A stretch of 63,376 nt of DNA, filler included, from Octopus bimaculoides (lineage: Eukaryota), in NCBI RefSeq assembly GCF_001194135.2. It is 6 parts of 6 records of this genome, joined end to end, with 100 filler letters (N's around TTAATTAATTAA, not from the genome) between each part and the next. Parts side by side here need not be neighbours in the genome. Positions count along the whole stretch, not along the records: positions 50,138 to 63,376 come from NC_068986.1; 5 more parts are not named here. One strand, given 5' to 3'. Below are positions 56,045 through 63,376 of the stretch, piece after piece; the first letter of the stretch is position 1; each line of letters starts with the position of its first letter. Below the pieces are notes generated by a model. That model searched no databases. It was not told where the DNA came from and saw only the letters and a program-made list of their open reading frames with translations. Position numbers and translations under genes: made by a program.

Positions 56045-56204
56045 CTGAGGAAAGATGTCAGTCGAAGCACAGAGTCGTTTGCTCATGTGGTGCAGTGAAG
56101 AGATAAACTGAAATTTATAATTTCTTTGCGACCTTCGCCTCTCTCTGCCGCTCCCTTCTCTCTCTCTCTCTTTCTCTCTGTAGATACACACACACACACA
56201 CACA

Positions 56205-56435
56205 TTTATACTCTTTTACTCTTTTACTTGTCTCAGTCATTTGACTGCGGCCATGCTGGAGCACCGCCTTTAGTCGAGCAAATCGACCCCAGGACTTAAT
56301 CTTTGGAAGCCTAGTACTTATTTTATCGGTCTCTTTTTGCCGAACCGCTAAGTTACGGGGACGTAAACACACCAGCATCGGTTGTCAAGCGATGTTGGAG
56401 GGACAAACACAGACACGCAAACACACATACATATA
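56205..56435 (-). mobile_element. SINE family A 3' module, young copy
   Basis: Close to 26012-26220 with CpGs retained; continues into a gap. Confidence 0.9.
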
Positions 56436-56454
56436 TATATATATACATATATAT

Positions 56455-56485
<31 letters not shown>

Positions 56486-57231
56486 NNNNNNNNNNNNNNN
56501 NNNNNNNNNNNNNNNNNNNNNNNNNNNNNNNNNNNNNNNNNNNNNNNNNNNNNNNNNNNNNNNNNNNNNNNNNNNNNNNNNNNNNNNNNNNNNNNNNNNN
56601 NNNNNNNNNNNNNNNNNNNNNNNNNNNNNNNNNNNNNNNNNNNNNNNNNNNNNNNNNNNNNNNNNNNNNNNNNNNNNNNNNNNNNNNNNNNNNNNNNNNN
56701 NNNNNNNNNNNNNNNNNNNNNNNNNNNNNNNNNNNNNNNNNNNNNNNNNNNNNNNNNNNNNNNNNNNNNNNNNNNNNNNNNNNNNNNNNNNNNNNNNNNN
56801 NNNNNNNNNNNNNNNNNNNNNNNNNNNNNNNNNNNNNNNNNNNNNNNNNNNNNNNNNNNNNNNNNNNNNNNNNNNNNNNNNNNNNNNNNNNNNNNNNNNN
56901 NNNNNNNNNNNNNNNNNNNNNNNNNNNNNNNNNNNNNNNNNNNNNNNNNNNNNNNNNNNNNNNNNNNNNNNNNNNNNNNNNNNNNNNNNNNNNNNNNNNN
57001 NNNNNNNNNNNNNNNNNNNNNNNNNNNNNNNNNNNNNNNNNNNNNNNNNNNNNNNNNNNNNNNNNNNNNNNNNNNNNNNNNNNNNNNNNNNNNNNNNNNN
57101 NNNNNNNNNNNNNNNNNNNNNNNNNNNNNNNNNNNNNNNNNNNNNNNNNNNNNNNNNNNNNNNNNNNNNNNNNNNNNNNNNNNNNNNNNNNNNNNNNNNN
57201 NNNNNNNNNNNNNNNNNNNNNNNNNNNNNNN

Positions 57232-57263
<32 letters not shown>

Positions 57264-57266
57264 TAT

Positions 57267-57297
<31 letters not shown>

Positions 57298-57302
57298 TAC
57301 AT

Positions 57303-57337
<35 letters not shown>

Positions 57338-57686
57338 CACACACACATATATACATATATATATATGTAGATGTATGTATGCATGTATGTATGGATGCAT
57401 ATACATATTCAGGAAATATTTTAAAAGTTGTTAAGCGTTTGATTTTTTCTAGTTTTTTTTTTATTATCTTTATCGTTGGACAAGAATATGGTAATATATA
57501 CATTTGAAATATTAGAAAAAATGCTGGAACGTTTTAAATAAGGTTGCTCACAATGATGTTAAAAAGTTGTACATCATAAAATGAACAGCTTGTGGCTAGA
57601 CTATACCTTCTGGCACTAAGCAGTATATTAATAAAAATAATGAGACAATTTCCAGAAAACGGAAACGGCATAAATTCACAACATAC

Positions 57687-57766
57687 CACGAAAAATTCTC
57701 CATGAATATTTTAAAGATGTCGGTGCCCCACAAAGAACGCAGATAAGTCCGACAAAATCAATTAAA
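57687..57766 (-). CDS. Candidate 80-nt exon (LIDFVGLICVLCGAPTSLKYSWRIFR)
   Basis: Acceptor ATACCAAAACTTCAG, strong donor GTG|GTATGT; only one frame open. Confidence 0.25.
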
Positions 57767-58084
57767 CTGAAGTTTTGGTATGCATAGAAAATGCAGTATT
57801 GGAGTGAATATAGTTTGTAAGCCAAATGAAAGTAACAGGTATGCTACGACCAAAATGAGACCTCCTTATCGAAGTAAGTTCTAGTCAGTTGACAAAACTA
57901 AGAGTGATCAATATATACATCATTTTTATCTTTTACCTTTCACTTATTTCAGCCATACGATCGGCACAATCTTCAAAGATTTAAACGAACAAATCGATCG
58001 CTGTACTTCTTTTTAAAGTCTGGTACTTGTTCTATTGTTCTCTTTTGTCATACCGTTACTTTATGAGGACGTAAAAAACTCAAG

Positions 58085-58327
58085 CAGTGAAGGGGAGAAC
58101 ACTGGTGGTGGTTGGCACTCCGTCGCTTACGACGACGAGGGTTACAGCTGATCCGATCAACGGAACAGTCTGCTCGTGAAATTAACGTGCAAGTGGCTGA
58201 ACATTCCACAGACACGTGTACCTTTAACGTAGTTCTCGGGGAGATTCAGCGTGTGACAAGGCTGGCCCTTTGAAATACAATACAGGTACAACAAAAACAG
58301 GAAGAAAGAGTGAGAGAAAGTTGTGGT
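58085..58327 (-). mobile_element. 3' tail of another retroposon family (SINE or LINE)
   Basis: GGCACTCCGTCG.TTACGACGACGAGGG...GCTCGTGAAATTAACGTGCAAGTGGCTGA; recognised from memory as an octopus repeat, single copy here. Confidence 0.5.
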
Positions 58328-58864
58328 NNNNNNNNNNNNNNNNNNNNNNNNNNNNNNNNNNNNNNNNNNNNNNNNNNNNNNNNNNNNNNNNNNNNNNNNN
58401 NNNNNNNNNNNNNNNNNNNNNNNNNNNNNNNNNNNNNNNNNNNNNNNNNNNNNNNNNNNNNNNNNNNNNNNNNNNNNNNNNNNNNNNNNNNNNNNNNNNN
58501 NNNNNNNNNNNNNNNNNNNNNNNNNNNNNNNNNNNNNNNNNNNNNNNNNNNNNNNNNNNNNNNNNNNNNNNNNNNNNNNNNNNNNNNNNNNNNNNNNNNN
58601 NNNNNNNNNNNNNNNNNNNNNNNNNNNNNNNNNNNNNNNNNNNNNNNNNNNNNNNNNNNNNNNNNNNNNNNNNNNNNNNNNNNNNNNNNNNNNNNNNNNN
58701 NNNNNNNNNNNNNNNNNNNNNNNNNNNNNNNNNNNNNNNNNNNNNNNNNNNNNNNNNNNNNNNNNNNNNNNNNNNNNNNNNNNNNNNNNNNNNNNNNNNN
58801 NNNNNNNNNNNNNNNNNNNNNNNNNNNNNNNNNNNNNNNNNNNNNNNNNNNNNNNNNNNNNNNN

Positions 58865-58899
<35 letters not shown>

Positions 58900-59224
58900 C
58901 ACTTATATATATATCTGACGGGATTCAAGACAGTTCCAGTCTACCGAAATCGCTCACCCCGAGCTATAGTAGAAACACTCACTCAAGGTGCAAAACCATG
59001 CTGTTGCCAAGTGAGCTTCTGAACCACATATGCATACCGACACACACACATACACACACACATGCATACTACGCACAAACACACACACACACAAACACAC
59101 ATACACATACATATTTAATTAAATGGGTCTATTAAGGATCTAGGCAAATATATCAAAGTGAAGCACACCACAGTTGATGGCTACACAGAATGATGCAAAT
59201 CAAACACTTGAGAAATGCATTATC

Positions 59225-59830
59225 CTAATGCGACATGCATCGATGAAGGGAAGTTCTCTGTTGTTTGGTAATCCGCTGCTCTAATAGTATCCAAAGAAGA
59301 ATAGATTCGTAAGTATGGCATAAAAACTTAATAAAGACAATGAATGAGTTGTCTGGTATTGCTACAGTTGTTTTATTAAAATCCTTTATTGTGAGGTTGC
59401 AAGAATAGCATCCATAACAATATGTAATCAGGTTTACCAAATATACAAGCGAGCAGACATGATTTTTTCTCAACAGGTCAACAAAATGTGAATTTTCGAG
59501 TTAAAATTACAAATATTTAAGAAACGCCAAAATTTGACTATACGCAGTCAATGAAGAGGTGGTTATCGGAATAAGGCTGTAAATTATAGAATAGGTAAAA
59601 GGCTTATTTAATCTAATAAGGTCAATAAACTTGCCGACATCGCCCATAAAAACAGGTGCTGGCAAAACAGGATTATATACCAGCAGATATCGGACGTCAA
59701 GCATGACATTTGACACAGTCAAAATATTTTTTAAGTCAGCTGTCAACGTTCTTCTAAAAAATCCCTTTTCTTTGGTTATATTGTTTAGTACATCAAAGGG
59801 GTGGTTAATATATTTGTGTTGCTTATTCAT
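59225..59830 (-). pseudogene. ~200-codon frame with only two internal stops; product unidentified
   Basis: ORFs 59507-59830 and 59225-59473 are in the same frame, separated by KYL*F*LENSH. Confidence 0.4.
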
Positions 59831-61098
59831 TTACTTAATACCTTTTGTTTTAAAGTGCACCAATTAATTATTGCAGAACTAATAGAATATTAAGCTTTAA
59901 TTAGGAGTGATCCAGTTACTTATTATTCAGGGAAAATAATATATGACAAAACGCAGAATATAGCGAAGATCGCTACGAAATTTCAGAGGAAAAGGAGGGA
60001 AAATGAAGGGGAGGAACAAAAAAAGAAAGATAATTAATATGTAAAGATAGCAATAATCACAGTTGTCAACAATTCTAACCAATAAATACTAAGATAGAAA
60101 CAGAGAAAGCGGACAACGCAGTTGGAGGGAAGATAACGTTGACACAAACAAATACATGTGTATACTAGAATAATGAAAGTACTTTAGATAGTAAATCAGA
60201 TTTAACATAAAAGAAATAAAGGATATAAATTCAAGTTATTTGAATATCGAAACTTAAAGATCGTTTATCTAGCCGTTATGAAGTTACCAGTCGAAAGGCG
60301 AGAATAAATGAAGAAGGTAGAAACCTAGGCGATAGTCGCATTAAAAACAAAGAAAAAAAAAAACAAAACCAGAAAAGCATGAATCCCAACATTTTTACTT
60401 ATCAATATAATCACACTATTTTTTGAATAATGCAAATCACTTAAAATCTTGTAGGTAAAAAGTAGGTAGGTAGGATTATTGATAATTATGTGGAGTATTA
60501 AGAAAATGTTATATGAATTCATAAAAATGAGAAAAGGAATTCTAAAGGTCATACATGTTAAAAATAATTGATAAGAATTATAAAGAATTGTAAAGGTGTT
60601 AATCAGTTTAAAAGCAGATTAATTAAGGTTAGTAAATTATAAATTTACGCCTGTTTTATGTGTGTATGTATAATGGTAAAGACCCCTTCGGTCACGAATG
60701 ACCATAGGATTGCACCTAGAATGTTCCCCGCTGAGACACAAGTCCGGACAAAATTGTTTGTGGAAGACCAGCAGTTTACATTATTTGTAAACATATTACA
60801 TAATCTCATTAATTTAAACCTGTTGTGTTTAGTAAAGAATGCAGGGAATTGCGTCAAATGGTCAATATATATTCCCATTATGCAACTTATCAACATCCAT
60901 GGAATGGACGAGTCAGGTGCACAGTGTAGCAGGAGAGAAAGAGAGGGAAGAAGGTTGTACGCATTCAACCATTCTCATATGCTGAGAAGGGGTGGAGAGA
61001 AAAAAAAAGGGATTACCACAGAGTCATGTAAAGAAGACAGCCTCAGTATCACCCCGAATGATCTTCAACGATCACAACAATGCAGAAGCAGCAGCAGC

Positions 61099-61131
<33 letters not shown>

Positions 61132-61149
61132 AATAGTAATAATCCTTCC

Positions 61150-61335
61150 TACTATAGGCACAAGGCCTGAAATCTGGTTGGGGCTGGAATAGTCGATTTC
61201 ATTGACCCCAGTACTTAGTTGGTACTTATTTTATCGACCCCGAAAGGATTAAAAGTAAAGTTGACTCCTGCGGAATTTGAACTCAGAACGTAAAGATGGA
61301 CAAAATACTGCTTAGCATTTCGCTTGGTGTGCTAA
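61150..61335 (-). mobile_element. SINE family B, full length
   Basis: AGGCACAAGGCCTGAAA...ATCGACCCCGAAAGGATTAAAAG...GATTCTGCCAGCTC. Confidence 0.9.
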
Positions 61336-61358
61336 CGATTCTGCCAGCTCAACGCCCT

Positions 61359-61416
<58 letters not shown>

Positions 61417-61436
61417 TGATGATGATGATGATGATG

Positions 61437-61480
<44 letters not shown>

Positions 61481-61619
61481 AATAATTATAATATTTTCTG
61501 TATTGGCCACCAGGGCCGAAAACAAAACATAGACGAGGGACAGTGAGGTTAAACGTGTAAACAACAAACAACGATTAACAAAGTGTTTAAATCAACAATA
61601 TGCTTCCGCAATAGGGAGA

Positions 61620-62770
61620 AGTTCCATCGTAATGTGACCAAAGAGATCTAATGCACTTTGGACCCCTTAACACCAAAGGCTCTTCAGGAAGGCACACTCG
61701 CCTCTCCCTGCCATCGGGCTTACAGGCGCACACTTAGAATAAGCCTATTCACGCGGGCCATTCTTTCCACATTCACTCACCTTTCAACGAATTTACTGGG
61801 TGACAGTACCTCCCTCTCCAGCCCCACTTTCCTCTTCAGGTGGAACCTGAAAATTCAATGAGGCCTTGTTCAAAGAGGAAGGTACCCGTCTTCAACCCTT
61901 TCGATCGCGTCCACCACACATCCACTTTTGCCATAGCCACTAGACAGAGAAGAATTGCCGTCCCATCCCGACTATAGGAAAGAGACGAGGCGATCTTCAC
62001 AATGGACTCGGACGATAGCCGGATCCGTCCTACACGTGACAATAACTGTACGACAAAGCTCCACAAGTCAGCAATGCGTGGACACTATACGAGCGCATGC
62101 AGAACGGTTTCATCGCGCCGCGTGCATTACGGACAAGCTCAACTGACTGCTCACTCGTGTCCGTAAAGCTTATCTCGAACCGGCTGTGCCCCNNNNNNNN
62201 NNNNNNNNNNNNNNNNNNNNNNNNNNNNNNNNNNNNNNNNNNNNNNNNNNNNNNNNNNNNNNNNNNNNNNNNNNNNNNNNNNNNNNNNNNNNNNNNNNNN
62301 NNNNNNNNNNNNNNNNNNNNNNNNNNNNNNNNNNNNNNNNNNNNNNNNNNNNNNNNNNNNNNNNNNNNNNNNNNNNNNNNNNNNNNNNNNNNNNNNNNNN
62401 NNNNNNNNNNNNNNNNNNNNNNNACCCCCACCCCCACCCGACGCCCAGGATCTCTCCGAGTACGTCGTCTCTATTGCCCTCCGCTAATCCCCTATAGAAC
62501 TACAAGGTGGAACTTCCACTGACCACATTGCTCGACTGGCCGAGGGCTGTGAGCGCTTGGAGACAATCTAAGTGCCAAGCGTCCTGCCTCGGTCTACGTC
62601 TAATCCAGGACTGTAGTTCCATCAAGGAGACGGGCTGCTGAAAAGCGCGTTCAACAAACGGTGACCACACCAGCTACCGTTAAGGTAGCGCCGGAGATGC
62701 TGCAGCCTCAGTGCATGTCTGCGCATCCTCAGCCACGGCATGCCCAGTCCTCCACGCAACTGGTGCTGAC
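61620..62770 (-). mobile_element. L1/Tx1-clade LINE, 5'-truncated ORF2 3' part
   Basis: FYRGLAEG..DDVLGEILGV; CMRSYSVHAL.TC knuckle remnant; VGRIRLSSESIVKIA...LCLVAMAK..WWTR.KGLKT...FHLKRKVGLEREVLSPSKFVER; GC-richer than flanks. Confidence 0.75.
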
Positions 62771-63187
62771 AACAATGATAATAATGATAGTTTCATTTAT
62801 TTACCACCAGGGCAATAGATGAGGGGAATAATACAAGACAGACATAAATTGTGGGGATTTACATATATTGGAATGATAAGATAAATAAATAAATAAATAA
62901 AAGAGCTAGTGTACACTGTATATATTGAAAACGAAGGGAAATATGCATAGTATTCGAAGGTAAACAAAAAAAGTGGGTTGCAGCAACAACAGCAGAATAA
63001 TAATAACAAGGATAGTGACTACAATATTGACATTCCTGTTGGAAGGTCAGGGAGACTACTAGTCAAGTAATTCTGGAAATAAAATGTGAGTTTGTGAACC
63101 TAGCCCACGTTCGTTTGTTTCTTGGCTCTCTTTTTTTATACCCTTCCTCTTTTACTCCTCTTCTCTGGTTTTTCTGAACATTTCTCC

Positions 63188-63224
63188 GGTGTCTGAAGAC
63201 GGACTATATCCGAAACGTTATAAC
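63188..63224 (+). ncRNA. Minimal hammerhead-like motif in a Penelope-like terminus (~63150-63320)
   Basis: GGTGT-CTGAAGA-C-GGA-CTATA-TCC-GAAA-CGTT-ATAAC: canonical core, 3-bp stem II, palindromic ACGT stem III. Confidence 0.55.
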
Positions 63225-63331
63225 TTTTACTCTATAACTTTTACACTTACTATCTTTACCTGGGCGTCAACCTAATGATATAAGATGTGAACGTCTCTTG
63301 CATTTTTGTTGTTTGTTATTTTTATCCATTT

Positions 63332-63376
<45 letters not shown>

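Noticed and set aside
59440-59570. Plus-strand ASRHDFF...NFRVKITNI*ETPKF, resembling a bunyaviral RHD motif or a cadherin end
   Set aside because: Isolated short motifs with frequent surrounding stops and no downstream PD or D/E-x-K
59631-59867. Walker-A-like TGAGKT in a plus-strand ORF
   Set aside because: No preceding beta-strand or Walker B; overlaps the longer minus-strand frame; likely chance

Overview
Eukaryotic, AT-rich, draft-quality sequence (many N gaps) dominated by microsatellites and interspersed repeats. The repeat repertoire (tRNA-derived SINEs of OR/OK type, RTE, CR1, Tx1/L1 and R4/Dong-like LINE relics, mariner) points to an octopus or other coleoid cephalopod genome; this is inferred from recalled repeat families, not from a search. 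No intact, identifiable protein-coding gene, true tRNA, rRNA or CRISPR array is supported, and most ORF-track entries are microsatellite or N-gap artefacts. The most interesting signals are: (1) a heavily decayed plus-strand coding relic at ~22.6-26.0 kb whose fragments line up with motifs of the N-terminal part of a bunyavirus-type L polymerase (candidate endogenous viral element); (2) a ~158-bp-arm inverted repeat at 36.9-37.3 kb carrying a minimal hammerhead ribozyme on each strand, plus three more hammerhead-like motifs in Penelope-like termini; (3) a phase-compatible chain of small minus-strand candidate exons (47-58 kb) that would encode a membrane protein; (4) several unexplained near-open reading frames; (5) an apparent CpG-depletion step at about 29 kb. 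All homology assignments are by eye and need BLAST/HMM confirmation. Repeat boundaries are approximate (about 10-30 bp) unless termini are quoted.
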